A DNA stretch of 64,000 nt. Source: a virus. Positions within the stretch are counted from its first letter, which is position 1. Every line of letters begins with the position of its first letter. Positions 37,670-46,407 of the stretch are shown here, piece by piece. The stretch spans positions 21,535-85,534 of the IMG/VR virus record IMGVR_UViG_3300033997_000141. One strand, written 5' to 3'. A program made the translations under genes and the position numbers. Under the pieces are notes generated by a model that saw only the letters and a program-made list of their open reading frames with translations, searched no databases and was not told the origin of the DNA.

Positions 37670-38036
37670 TTTCAGTCGCCTTGTCCTTGATCCCTTGGAT
37701 GGCCACCAGGAACTGCAGGTGGCCAATGCGCTTGAGGCCGTTGTGTACCGCCGACGACGTCAGCTTGCGCAGCTGGCCGCGGGGAATGCTGCCGTTGGCC
37801 ACATGGCACAGCTCGAGGAGCATGTGCGGCGACTTCGGATGACGGATGCGCATGGTCGTGTCGCAGCCGGTGCTCATCTCGCTGATCACCAGGGTGCGCT
37901 TGTCCTGCGGGTGGATGTGTACGGCGAACTTCACCTCGAACCCGCCGATGCTCTTGGTGATGCTGAGGAGGTAAGGGATGCTCTGCACCCCCTTGTCCAC
38001 CTGGATGTCGAAATGGCCTTCAATGACGGGGTTCAT
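37656..38036 (-). CDS. Hypothetical protein
   Basis: RBS AAGGAG before MNPVIEG. Confidence 0.6.
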   Translation of the reverse strand: MNPVIEGHFDIQVDKGVQSIPYLLSITKSIGGFEVKFAVHIHPQDKRTLVISEMSTGCDTTMRIRHPKSPHMLLELCHVANGSIPRGQLRKLTSSAVHNGLKRIGHLQFLVAIQGIKDKATENADT

Positions 38037-38422
38037 GCGGTCTCCTTGGGGGTGTATCCCCACGCTCTGGTGCTCAGCCAGCGGTTGATGTCGAATTTCA
38101 TGGTCGGGCAAACCTTGGGGTCATCCAGCGCCGCAGCCAACCATTGGCCCAGTTTCTCGTCTTCGGCGGAAGGTAGGTAGAGCTTGACGAGCGCAGGCTG
38201 CTCGACCACTGGGGCCAGCAGCTCCACGCCGACGATGCCGGGGTGGCTGAACCACCACTCGGCGTGTTTGCGGGCCTGCTCCTCATCGAAGAAGGTGGCC
38301 TGGAGCGGCGAGCCCGCCACCTCGCTGGCCTTCACCGTCCAGAGCTTGGACCAGTCCTTTTCGGCCTCGACCACCGGCTTCCGGCGGCCGCGAGGGATCT
38401 TGTCGATGTTGCGCTTCCTCAT
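38033..38422 (-). CDS. Hypothetical protein
   Basis: ATGA-coupled to dcm. C-terminal LGQWLAAALDDPKVCPTMK.DI..W motif. Confidence 0.65.
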   Translation of the reverse strand: MRKRNIDKIPRGRRKPVVEAEKDWSKLWTVKASEVAGSPLQATFFDEEQARKHAEWWFSHPGIVGVELLAPVVEQPALVKLYLPSAEDEKLGQWLAAALDDPKVCPTMKFDINRWLSTRAWGYTPKETA

Positions 38423-41400
38423 GCTCGTTTCAGCTCCTGGCGCTCCAGCGCCCATTTTGGAATGTTGGCTTCAACCAGTGCCCGCGCCAGCTGCGGAGGC
38501 ACCGAGTTACCGACCATGCGCACCTGGGCATGGTCAGGGAGTTTCTTGCCCATCACCACCTGGTGCTCGTAGCCCTCGGGGAAGCCCTGGCAGCGGTACA
38601 GCTCGTGTGGCTTCAGCATCCGCATGCCAATGTCCACGATCTGGTAGTCCTGGCCGTGGATGGTGACCAGGCCGAAGCGGGTCTTGCTGGTGATGGTGTG
38701 CAGCGGATCGTTCAGGTCCTGGCCGATCGCTCCGGTGGTGTAATACTTCAGCAGGAAGGCGCGGACCTCGCCGTAATGGTTGCCCTGGGCCTGGATGGTG
38801 CCCAGAGGCTCGTTCAGGCTCTGCCCATGCTGACAGCTGCCCTTCAGCTTGATCAGCGAGCTGGCGACCAGTGCGGCCTTGCCGCTGCCGCCCGCCGTGA
38901 TGGCGCCGATCGGCTCGGCGGCCGAGGAGCCGACGCTCTTGCCGAAATCCCGCTGGATGTGAGCCGCCACGATGGCGTCTTCCAGGTCGTGAGCCGGGTC
39001 CACCGGCTGCAGCTGCGCTTCCATCACCGAGTTGTGGTCGGTGGCGGTGATCGTCGGCAGTGGCTTGTCCAGGCTCTGGCCGACCACCCCGGTGTAATGC
39101 TTCAGCAGCGCCGCAACTCGCAGGTGCCTGGCCTTGCCAGTGATGGTGGACAGCGGTTCACCCATGCCGGTGGACGGGTCGCGGGTGCTGGCGTGGTCCA
39201 CGGTGGTGATGAACTCGGCGGTGACAGGCGCCAGCTCCACCTGCATGGCGCCCAGGGCGTGTGGAGCACCGGCTGGGCGGGCAGCTCCTGCGCCCGCCGT
39301 GATGGTTGGCAGCGGGTCATGGCAGCTGAAGCCGGCGGAGTCGCCGCGGAACTTCATGCCGGCCGCTGCGGTGATGGGCGCCAGCGAGGTCTCCACCACT
39401 GCGTGCTTGCTGCTGCCCACGATGGTCGGCAGAGGTTCCTGCAGGCTGTGGGTGCGAGGGTCTTGCCCGGGGCGCTCCCCATAGCCCACCGGCACCATAT
39501 GCGCCGCCACCACACCGGTACCCAGCTTGCCGGTGATGGTCTGCAGCGGCTCATCCAGGCTCTGGCCACGGAACTGGTCGTAGCCGTGGTTCACCTTCAC
39601 CAGGAAGGCATCGCTGCCGGCGTTGATCACGAACTTCTCGATGCCCTTGGCGATGCGCTTGAGGGTGTTCTCGGCCAGCGGCCGGCGCCCCTCCTCGAAG
39701 ATCGACGGGCACGGGATGGACCAGTCGAGGTTATCGCCGGCCGTCTCCTGCGGCTGCAGGCCGTTGGCCAGGGCGATATCGCGAGGTGCATGGGTTCGGG
39801 CTGGCCAGATGATCGGCAGGCCGTCCTTGCGGCCGATGCCGAAGAAGCGCTTGCGAATAGTGGCGGCGCCGTACTCGCTGGCGACCAGGGTGTCGAACTC
39901 GATCTGGTAGCCCATGGCCCGCAGCTGCTTGAGGAACTGCTTGAAGGTCTTCCCGGCGCGCTTTTTGTCTGGCACCAGGGCCTGGTTGCGGTAGGGGACC
40001 AACTCGCCGGGCTCGGCTATCCGGTTGATCATCTTCTTGCCCTTGGGGTCCTTCGGGTCCGGGATCAGGTCCAGGGTGACGACGCGCCCGGTGTCCTTGC
40101 AGCGCTTTGCGATCAGCGGGCCCCAGGTCACGAACTCGGGCACGTTCTCCATGAAGAACACCGCCATGTCGCCCTGGCCCGCCCACTTCTTGATGATCCA
40201 GGCCAGGCCGCGAATCTCTTTCTTCACCGGAGCGCCACCCTTGGCCACGCTGAAGTGTGTGCAGTTATGGGTTACGATACCCTCTACGACGTAACTCTCA
40301 TCCTCGTCAACCGAGATGTTGTAGACGGTCTCCATGCCCTCGGCTGGAGTTATTTCCTTGATCTTCCCCCACTCCATGCCCTCATCGCGCCAGGTCTGTT
40401 CACGGCCCGGCTGCACCTGGTCGAGCCAACGAATACACCAGGACGGTTGGCAGTCGACCTGGCGGCCTTGGATGGTGTCATTTTTGTGGTGCTCATACAC
40501 CGAGACGCTCTTACCCAGAGAGGTGGCCAGCATTTTCAGTCCGTAGATCAGCTGCTTGCTGACACTGGTTGCCTCGTGCTTTCCGTGCTTGAAATAGCCG
40601 TCGGCTTCCAGATACCCAGCCAGAAACGCTTGTCGGGTTGCCTCGTTGGCCTGGTACAGCCAGCCAGGAACCTTCTTGTTCTCAGCCAAGTGACCGAAGT
40701 TGTCGCGTAACCACTCGACCAGTCCTTTGTGGTTGGTGCTTAACTGAGTAGCGGTCTTGGTATTGCGGCGGTGCCAAGCCAGCTCGTTGTACTGAGCTTT
40801 GAGGCCCGCAGGCTTCCATTGTTGAAGCCATTGCTCCAGGCCATCAGCCTTGCACTGATGGGTGGTGAACACCAGCTCTGCACGGGTTTTGGTCACTCGG
40901 CTCCAGCCGTTGCCCACGTAGTAGCCCGCCAGACGCATCAGTTCAATGCTGATGTCCATGCCGCGTCCGCCCACAGGGGGGATAAAAACATTGCTGTTCT
41001 CTACCCGCTCCGGGGTCGCCCAGTACTGGCCAGCGCGTAGGTTGCAGGCGCTCACCCACTCCGATTTCTTGGCGTACTTCTCGCCACGGACATAGAAGGG
41101 GTGTTCACTGCTGACGCGCAAACCATGATGCCCGCGGCCACGTACTGTCATCACTGGCTTCTGAGACACCATAGTGGCGGTCACCTGGCGCCAGCGGTTC
41201 TTGTGGGTCTGCACCCAGTCGCCGATCTTCAGTTTTTCAATCGGTGCGTAGCCATGCATGGTCAGCACCAAGGTGCCGGCAGGGAAACAGTCGGGGCTGA
41301 ACCAGCCGAACAACACCGGGATGCCGGCCGTGGCTTCAGGGATGTGGACGTCCCACACCGACTCGTTGTAGTGGATCGTGTCCGGGTGGTTCTCCTCGTG

Positions 41401-41571
41401 CATCATCAGCGCCTCGGCGTTGTGATTCACGGCAATGTCGGGGCTCTTGCCGATCGCCTGGGAGATCCCAGTGCTGGCGCCGCCGCCCCCGGCGAAGTTG
41501 TCGGCGACCAGGCCGCCCATCCAACGATATCCTGCCACCGGCAATGCCGGCAGTTGAGCTGCAGTTCCCAT
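38419..41571 (-). CDS. dcm: C5 DNA cytosine methyltransferase, intein-containing
   Basis: Motif I FAGGGG, motif IV SPD|C split by the intein, VI ENV, VIII R.R, IX-X RML.P.E...QGFP..GNSVPP. Confidence 0.93.
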   Translation of the reverse strand: MGTAAQLPALPVAGYRWMGGLVADNFAGGGGASTGISQAIGKSPDIAVNHNAEALMMHEENHPDTIHYNESVWDVHIPEATAGIPVLFGWFSPDCFPAGTLVLTMHGYAPIEKLKIGDWVQTHKNRWRQVTATMVSQKPVMTVRGRGHHGLRVSSEHPFYVRGEKYAKKSEWVSACNLRAGQYWATPERVENSNVFIPPVGGRGMDISIELMRLAGYYVGNGWSRVTKTRAELVFTTHQCKADGLEQWLQQWKPAGLKAQYNELAWHRRNTKTATQLSTNHKGLVEWLRDNFGHLAENKKVPGWLYQANEATRQAFLAGYLEADGYFKHGKHEATSVSKQLIYGLKMLATSLGKSVSVYEHHKNDTIQGRQVDCQPSWCIRWLDQVQPGREQTWRDEGMEWGKIKEITPAEGMETVYNISVDEDESYVVEGIVTHNCTHFSVAKGGAPVKKEIRGLAWIIKKWAGQGDMAVFFMENVPEFVTWGPLIAKRCKDTGRVVTLDLIPDPKDPKGKKMINRIAEPGELVPYRNQALVPDKKRAGKTFKQFLKQLRAMGYQIEFDTLVASEYGAATIRKRFFGIGRKDGLPIIWPARTHAPRDIALANGLQPQETAGDNLDWSIPCPSIFEEGRRPLAENTLKRIAKGIEKFVINAGSDAFLVKVNHGYDQFRGQSLDEPLQTITGKLGTGVVAAHMVPVGYGERPGQDPRTHSLQEPLPTIVGSSKHAVVETSLAPITAAAGMKFRGDSAGFSCHDPLPTITAGAGAARPAGAPHALGAMQVELAPVTAEFITTVDHASTRDPSTGMGEPLSTITGKARHLRVAALLKHYTGVVGQSLDKPLPTITATDHNSVMEAQLQPVDPAHDLEDAIVAAHIQRDFGKSVGSSAAEPIGAITAGGSGKAALVASSLIKLKGSCQHGQSLNEPLGTIQAQGNHYGEVRAFLLKYYTTGAIGQDLNDPLHTITSKTRFGLVTIHGQDYQIVDIGMRMLKPHELYRCQGFPEGYEHQVVMGKKLPDHAQVRMVGNSVPPQLARALVEANIPKWALERQELKRA
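40264..41289 (-). mobile_element. Intein (342 aa) with LAGLIDADG homing endonuclease domain
   Basis: Block A CFPAGTLV, B SSEHPF, C LAGYYVGNG, E FLAGYLEADG, F VYNISV, G THN|C. Codon usage is lower-GC than the exteins. Confidence 0.93.
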
Positions 41572-41579
41572 GCTATTCC

Positions 41580-41828
41580 TTATCGGCCAATGGCCTTCCA
41601 TTTGATGTCTTCAACCCCGCCGGTCAGCTTCAGGTCCTCACGGATGGCCGACTCGATCAGGTTGGTGAGGTCTTTCATCCAGCAGGCGTTCTTCGTCTTC
41701 ACCGAGAACTCCTGCTCACCCAAGGGGGTTTGATAGGTGCCGGTTACCAGCCACTTCCTCGGCCGTTGCTGCTGATCCCACTGGTGGATCTTCAATCCCT
41801 TCTCGCGGCTGTAAGTGGCGATCAGCAT
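41580..41828 (-). CDS. Hypothetical protein
   Basis: RBS GGAG, first gene after a putative promoter. Confidence 0.65.
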   Translation of the reverse strand: MLIATYSREKGLKIHQWDQQQRPRKWLVTGTYQTPLGEQEFSVKTKNACWMKDLTNLIESAIREDLKLTGGVEDIKWKAIGR

Positions 41829-41853
41829 GCTAATTCTCCGTTGCTCGGCGCAT

Positions 41854-41880
41854 ATTATACGCTTATACCTTTATGTGCTA
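41854..41880 (-). promoter_or_regulatory. Putative promoter TAGCAC-N15-TATAAT
   Basis: Perfect TATAAT with tandem GTATAA and no canonical -35. Matches the site at 33910-33936. Confidence 0.6.
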
Positions 41881-42056
41881 GCTGGCGCTCGAAGTTTCTT
41901 CAGCTGCTGGGCGGTGAATCCTTTGGTGTCGCGCCGGAACTGCTCGTACTCGGCCTCGTTCACCTCTTTCCAGACGTCCATGTCGATGTGGCGAACGCTT
42001 TCATACGCCGCCACCGTCCTGACCAATCGCCTCGCGGCATTGATGAAGTAACGCAT
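41871..42056 (-). CDS. Hypothetical protein
   Basis: 61 aa, RBS GAGGA. Confidence 0.6.
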   Translation of the reverse strand: MRYFINAARRLVRTVAAYESVRHIDMDVWKEVNEAEYEQFRRDTKGFTAQQLKKLRAPAST

Positions 42057-42065
42057 ATGGGGTCC

Positions 42066-42263
42066 TCACTGGTCGTCCAGCTTTACCGTCTGGACTTCGA
42101 TGATGGGCCGCACCCGCACCTCACCGTCCGGGTCCATGTAGCGGACCTGGGCGTTGAGGAGTTGGTGCAGGGTGTTGTGCAGGGCAAGCTCGACGCGCTG
42201 CCGATCTTCAGGGGTGACGTTCTCGGTGACGAGCTCAACCAGGAAGGCGAGCCGCTGTGTCAC
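42066..42263 (-). CDS. Hypothetical protein
   Basis: GTG start after AAGGAG. Confidence 0.55.
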   Translation of the reverse strand: MTQRLAFLVELVTENVTPEDRQRVELALHNTLHQLLNAQVRYMDPDGEVRVRPIIEVQTVKLDDQ

Positions 42264-42490
42264 TGGCGGCTCCTTTCGATGATGGCCTTGCACCGTTGAC
42301 ATGCCCTGGCCCCCGTCTCCTCCGGGGTAGCAAAGCTGCCACCACAGGAGAACGGCCTGGCGCCGCAGAGCGTGCCACCGCCATGCACCACATGGGCAAT
42401 GCCGGTCTGGTCACGCCAGCGGTTGACGGCCGGCGCCCACCAGTGGGTTGTGGTCTGGCGCTCAGCCAGCTCTCGCGCTTTCCCTTTCAT
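42260..42490 (-). CDS. Small putative Zn-binding protein
   Basis: H...LCG...CQRC pattern. Confidence 0.55.
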   Translation of the reverse strand: MKGKARELAERQTTTHWWAPAVNRWRDQTGIAHVVHGGGTLCGARPFSCGGSFATPEETGARACQRCKAIIERSRQ

Positions 42491-42492
42491 GA

Positions 42493-42693
42493 TCACCTCG
42501 TCCAGGGTTCACCTGGTGTGCGTTCCAAGCGGTTGACACGGTCTATGCACAAGGCTGTGCGGCGCGCTGCTGGACCTAGCAGCTCGTCATATCGGCCCTT
42601 GCCCATCTTCCAGTCGGCAACCCTGGCCAAGTAGTTGGCGTTTGCTGCCATCAGTCGGCGGCGCGCCCACCACAGGCGCAGCCGACGAATCAC
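42493..42693 (-). CDS. Small basic hypothetical protein
   Basis: GTG start overlapping the upstream stop, RBS GGAGG. Confidence 0.5.
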   Translation of the reverse strand: MIRRLRLWWARRRLMAANANYLARVADWKMGKGRYDELLGPAARRTALCIDRVNRLERTPGEPWTR

Positions 42694-43304
42694 AGGGCCT
42701 CCTTCGGGCGGCTGCGGGGGTGGGCCAGGGCCAGCGTGTCCGCCTCGCAGTCTGCATCCTGGTAGCCTGCGCTGTGGCCCATGGTGGCCTGGCTATTGCC
42801 ATTCTCGTAGCCCTTCCACCAGGCCTTCTTCAGCACGTCCTGCAACGCCTGGCTGTTACTGAAGCCCACCGGATCATTCGGCCCAGGGCCTTCGTTCTCC
42901 ATGCGGGCATAGAAGGCCTGGCGCTCCTGGGCTATCTTCAGGCTGCGGTAAGCACCGATGATGCTGCTGCCGTCGTCGGTGCCATCGAACAGCACGAAGA
43001 CGTCGTTCGGGTACTCGTAGAGCATGCTGTTGTGGCGGATGGGCACGACGTTATCGTCCAGCTTGTCCTTGAGCCACTGGAGCACGTGGCCCGGCCCGGC
43101 GCCGCGGCTCACGCATTCTTGGAACAAGCGACGGCCGCAGCCTTCGTGACCCTCGTAGGCCCGTCCTTCCTCGTTCAGCGCGCTGGCCACCTGGCTAGCC
43201 AGCTGTTCCCAGAGGTTGTCCGGCAGGCCAGATGGGCGCTTCACGGCATAGCCAGGCTTGCTGGCGCAGCAGACACCATCTTCATCAAAACTGTACGGAT
43301 TCAT
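42690..43304 (-). CDS. Hypothetical protein
   Basis: RBS AAGGAG before MNPYSF. Confidence 0.65.
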   Translation of the reverse strand: MNPYSFDEDGVCCASKPGYAVKRPSGLPDNLWEQLASQVASALNEEGRAYEGHEGCGRRLFQECVSRGAGPGHVLQWLKDKLDDNVVPIRHNSMLYEYPNDVFVLFDGTDDGSSIIGAYRSLKIAQERQAFYARMENEGPGPNDPVGFSNSQALQDVLKKAWWKGYENGNSQATMGHSAGYQDADCEADTLALAHPRSRPKEAL

Positions 43305-43525
43305 CCGTTTCTCCTTGTGGATAACTTGTTGAATAACCGGCGGAGCCAATAACCCCTGGCCAGCGACCACACGGTGCATCCGACCACGATTGCCAAGGCC
43401 GTCGCGTCTGTGGATAACGTGCTGGAATGCATGAACCCAGAGGTGATGGCATAACTGCCGACGAACCCTACGGCCGTATTAGTGGCCGTCTCCGCAGCCG
43501 ACTGGCGTCGGCTCTGGCCCGTCAC
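43301..43525 (-). CDS. Small two-TM membrane protein (DUF7220-like)
   Basis: QSRRQS..ET.TN.AVG....S.ARGY.LRRLF motif, GTG start after AAGGAG. Confidence 0.6.
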   Translation of the reverse strand: MTGQSRRQSAAETATNTAVGFVGSYAITSGFMHSSTLSTDATALAIVVGCTVWSLARGYWLRRLFNKLSTRRNG

Positions 43526-43920
43526 GCGGGCTCCTTGGGCACGGCCCTGGGCAGTGTGCTGTTGTAGGTGACCGTCAGGTGGTACAGCGCGCTGCAGTAG
43601 GGACACTGGATCAGGGTGGTCCAGGCGTCGTTCTTCGGTGGGCGCAGCGTGTCGATCTTGTTGCCGCAGCACGGGGTCAGGTAGGTGTGTACCCGGCGGC
43701 CGTTGCGCAGGGCCTGGACGATCATTTTCTCGTGCGCCTCGAGGGGCGTCAGGCCGCCAGGGCCCTTCCGCTCCCGCACCTCGACACCCACGACGTTGAA
43801 GCCCGGTATGCACAGGCTGGCCTGGCCTTCGAGCTGCTGGGTCAGCCAGTCAGGGACGGCGTCGATCCCATCCTGGTAGCGCAGGCGCACCAGCACTTCC
43901 TTCTGTGCGAGGTTGTCCAT
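43522..43920 (-). CDS. Hypothetical protein with C-terminal Zn ribbon
   Basis: TPCCG...CPYC. Confidence 0.6.
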   Translation of the reverse strand: MDNLAQKEVLVRLRYQDGIDAVPDWLTQQLEGQASLCIPGFNVVGVEVRERKGPGGLTPLEAHEKMIVQALRNGRRVHTYLTPCCGNKIDTLRPPKNDAWTTLIQCPYCSALYHLTVTYNSTLPRAVPKEPA

Positions 43921-44242
43921 CCTCAATCTCCTTCAATCGTTGGCTGTGAGCCGCGCAGGCGTCCATGAACTGCCAGTGCAAGGAAGTCAGGCGGTGGTTC
44001 AGGCACCTGACGATTGCGCCCAGCAGCAGCTCGTTGTGGTTCGTGATGAGGCAGTCCAACCAGGCCTCAGCGTTGGAGCGAAACGATACCCATCCGCGCG
44101 CGGGTCGATCGTTGGCCGCCCAGTAGCAAAGCCGGTCATCGCCTGGGTCTACCATCAGGTGGTAGCCCAGGACCTGGCCGAGGTGCTGAAGGCCATTCAG
44201 TCGGGTGAGCGCATCGGCGGCATCCGCGAGGGTTACCACCAT
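43850..44242 (-). CDS. Hypothetical protein
   Basis: RBS GGAGG. Confidence 0.55.
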   Translation of the reverse strand: MVVTLADAADALTRLNGLQHLGQVLGYHLMVDPGDDRLCYWAANDRPARGWVSFRSNAEAWLDCLITNHNELLLGAIVRCLNHRLTSLHWQFMDACAAHSQRLKEIEDGQPRTEGSAGAPALPGWDRRRP

Positions 44243-44257
44243 GCCTGCCTCCTTGGG

Positions 44258-44881
44258 CTATTTGCCCTTGTTGTGCAACAGCTCGGAATAGGCTGCACAG
44301 CGACGGTCGTCGTAGTCCTCAAGCTGTCCAGTGTCTTCGTCGAAGAACTTAACGTGCTTTTCAGCCTGCTTAACCATCACCAGCAGCTCCTCGCTGTCGT
44401 GGGTCAACTGTTCGAGGTGTTCGCACAGTCGGTTGATTCGCTTGAGCTGCGGCGCCAGCAGCAACCGCGCGGCGGTGTACACGTAGGGGCTCAGGTCGTA
44501 GATGCCATCGCCTTCCCCGTCCTCGCCCTGCAGCGTCTGCTTGAAGCCGGCGAGCAGGAACACCTCCTTGATCTGCTCATCAGTGATCTTGTGGGACGCC
44601 AGCAGCGTTCGCGCCTCGCCGATCTGCTCGTTGAGCGCCCGGACGTGGTGTACCTCGCTGGGTTCAATGTCCTGGGCCAGGCTGGCCAAGTTCACCTTGA
44701 TGTCCCGCACCTTGTAGTTGCGGTAAGTCTCGGCCTCGCTATGCACCGCGGCCGAGAGGTACAGGCCCAGGCGGTCCATGTTAGGGCCGAGGGCATCCTC
44801 GACCTGGGCCATGGTGTCCGCCTTCACCACAGCCACTGTCTCGTGGGTGCTGTGGCGGTTGATTACGTAGAGGTTGCTCAT
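44258..44881 (-). CDS. Hypothetical protein
   Basis: ATGA-coupled. Contains a FL..GF......DL.PYVY.AAR.LL motif. Confidence 0.65.
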   Translation of the reverse strand: MSNLYVINRHSTHETVAVVKADTMAQVEDALGPNMDRLGLYLSAAVHSEAETYRNYKVRDIKVNLASLAQDIEPSEVHHVRALNEQIGEARTLLASHKITDEQIKEVFLLAGFKQTLQGEDGEGDGIYDLSPYVYTAARLLLAPQLKRINRLCEHLEQLTHDSEELLVMVKQAEKHVKFFDEDTGQLEDYDDRRCAAYSELLHNKGK

Positions 44882-45435
44882 GCCTGCTCCAGTTTCCGGT
44901 AGGTTTGAACGGTGACGACGTCCCACGAGACGCCCTTGGCTTCCGCGATTCCCTTGGCCATGCTCATGGCCTCCTCGCGGGCGATCTCCTCGTCGTCGAT
45001 GCCGCCCAGGCTGTCGTCGATATCGGTCTCGTCACCCTCCTCGTCCAAGAGGGTCACTTTCACCCAGTGGTAGTGCCACTCATCGTCTACCCAGCCCTTG
45101 AGGTAGTCGAAGTTCTTCTGGACAGCCATCTGGACGATCTGGTTGCGCGTCGGCGCCACGCCATACTTCAGCTCGAAGGCCTTGATATCCGTGGGCGATA
45201 CACCCCAGCCGTCCCGCTTGGCGATGCGGGTGGCTTCCGCCCAGTCGTAGTAGAGTTTGCTACCGCGGTCTTGGTTGAGGATGACTTCGCCGGGCCGCTT
45301 ATCGCGGGAAGTCCAGTCGGATACAGGCCCGTGCCCGTCGCTGTAGTCCCATGGAGCGGGGATGTCGTCATCCCGCTCGATGGTCACCTTGAAGGTCAGC
45401 GTCAGGTCGCCGACCGGGATGTCGATACGTTCCAT
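44878..45435 (-). CDS. Conserved acidic phage protein
   Basis: APW..SDGHGPVS.W...KRPGE...YYD..EA...A.RDGWG...W..DEW..V....DSLGGI. Confidence 0.75.
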   Translation of the reverse strand: MERIDIPVGDLTLTFKVTIERDDDIPAPWDYSDGHGPVSDWTSRDKRPGEVILNQDRGSKLYYDWAEATRIAKRDGWGVSPTDIKAFELKYGVAPTRNQIVQMAVQKNFDYLKGWVDDEWHYHWVKVTLLDEEGDETDIDDSLGGIDDEEIAREEAMSMAKGIAEAKGVSWDVVTVQTYRKLEQA

Positions 45436-45437
45436 GG

Positions 45438-46403
45438 CTACTTACCCTCGAACTCTTCAGGGGACCAGGCCATGCCAATCTCGGCCATGGCCTGGTGGAA
45501 CTCGGCAACCATGGTCGGCAGGCGGGCTTCGAGCAGCGCGGTGAGCTCCGCTGCGGGGAGGCACAGCTGCTCATCGGTGGCTTCGGGCCACTTGGCCGCC
45601 CGGCGGGCGTACTCCAAGTTGCGCTCCTTGCCCTTGCTGTAGCCTGTGACAACGTTCACCAACTCCCAGTCATTGGTCAGCAGTGTCGTCTGCCACTCGA
45701 GCGCCTCACCCTTGCTCTTATACGGCGCCTCGTGCCACTTCTCTACCGGATAGCATCCCAGGGTGTAGTGGGGGTCGAACTGGTAGTCACTGCCACTCGT
45801 GTCCTTAACGTAGGGCACCTCGACAAGATCGAGAACCCCCGGCACATGCTTGGTTGACTTAGCATCCGACAATGCCTTGGCCAAGCTGGCTTTCACCCCG
45901 AAGGTCATCGTGGGCAGCGAGGTAAATCTCAGCCGCGTCTCCCAGCGATTCGGTTCTCCCTTGGCCTTCCCGTTCTCCAGGTTGCTGGCGTGGTACACGG
46001 TGTTGGCCACGTAGTGCATCGGGGAGTCTGTGCTGACCAGATGCCACTTGATCAGCGGCTCCAGCTCCGGGAACACCTCGGCGATCATCTCGTGGCAGCA
46101 TCCCCCGAAGTCCCAATCGCGGGTCTTGTGATGGTCGTACCAACCAAACCCTGTGATCGCGAAGCTGTTGTGGCCGTTGTGGCAGTTGTCGTCGAAGCGG
46201 ATCTCAGCGTGCATCAAAACCTTCTCGCCGTTGGCCAGCACCTTGGTGCGGCGCTCGCTGAGCCAGTTCTGGTGCTCCCAGCAGCCGATCTTGGTCTGAT
46301 AGCAGACGGTGCGGCGCTTCAGGCGGCCCGGTACACCCAGGATCGCCAGCGCAGTGTCGCTGTCGAAGGTCCGGGTCTCGGTGTATTTCTTTACTTCGGT
46401 CAT
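45438..46403 (-). CDS. Conserved phage protein of unknown function
   Basis: RFDD.C.NGHNSFAITG..GGCCHE.I...FPEL..LIKWHL...PMHY.AN..YH. Confidence 0.8.
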   Translation of the reverse strand: MTEVKKYTETRTFDSDTALAILGVPGRLKRRTVCYQTKIGCWEHQNWLSERRTKVLANGEKVLMHAEIRFDDNCHNGHNSFAITGFGWYDHHKTRDWDFGGCCHEMIAEVFPELEPLIKWHLVSTDSPMHYVANTVYHASNLENGKAKGEPNRWETRLRFTSLPTMTFGVKASLAKALSDAKSTKHVPGVLDLVEVPYVKDTSGSDYQFDPHYTLGCYPVEKWHEAPYKSKGEALEWQTTLLTNDWELVNVVTGYSKGKERNLEYARRAAKWPEATDEQLCLPAAELTALLEARLPTMVAEFHQAMAEIGMAWSPEEFEGK

Positions 46404-46407
46404 GGTG

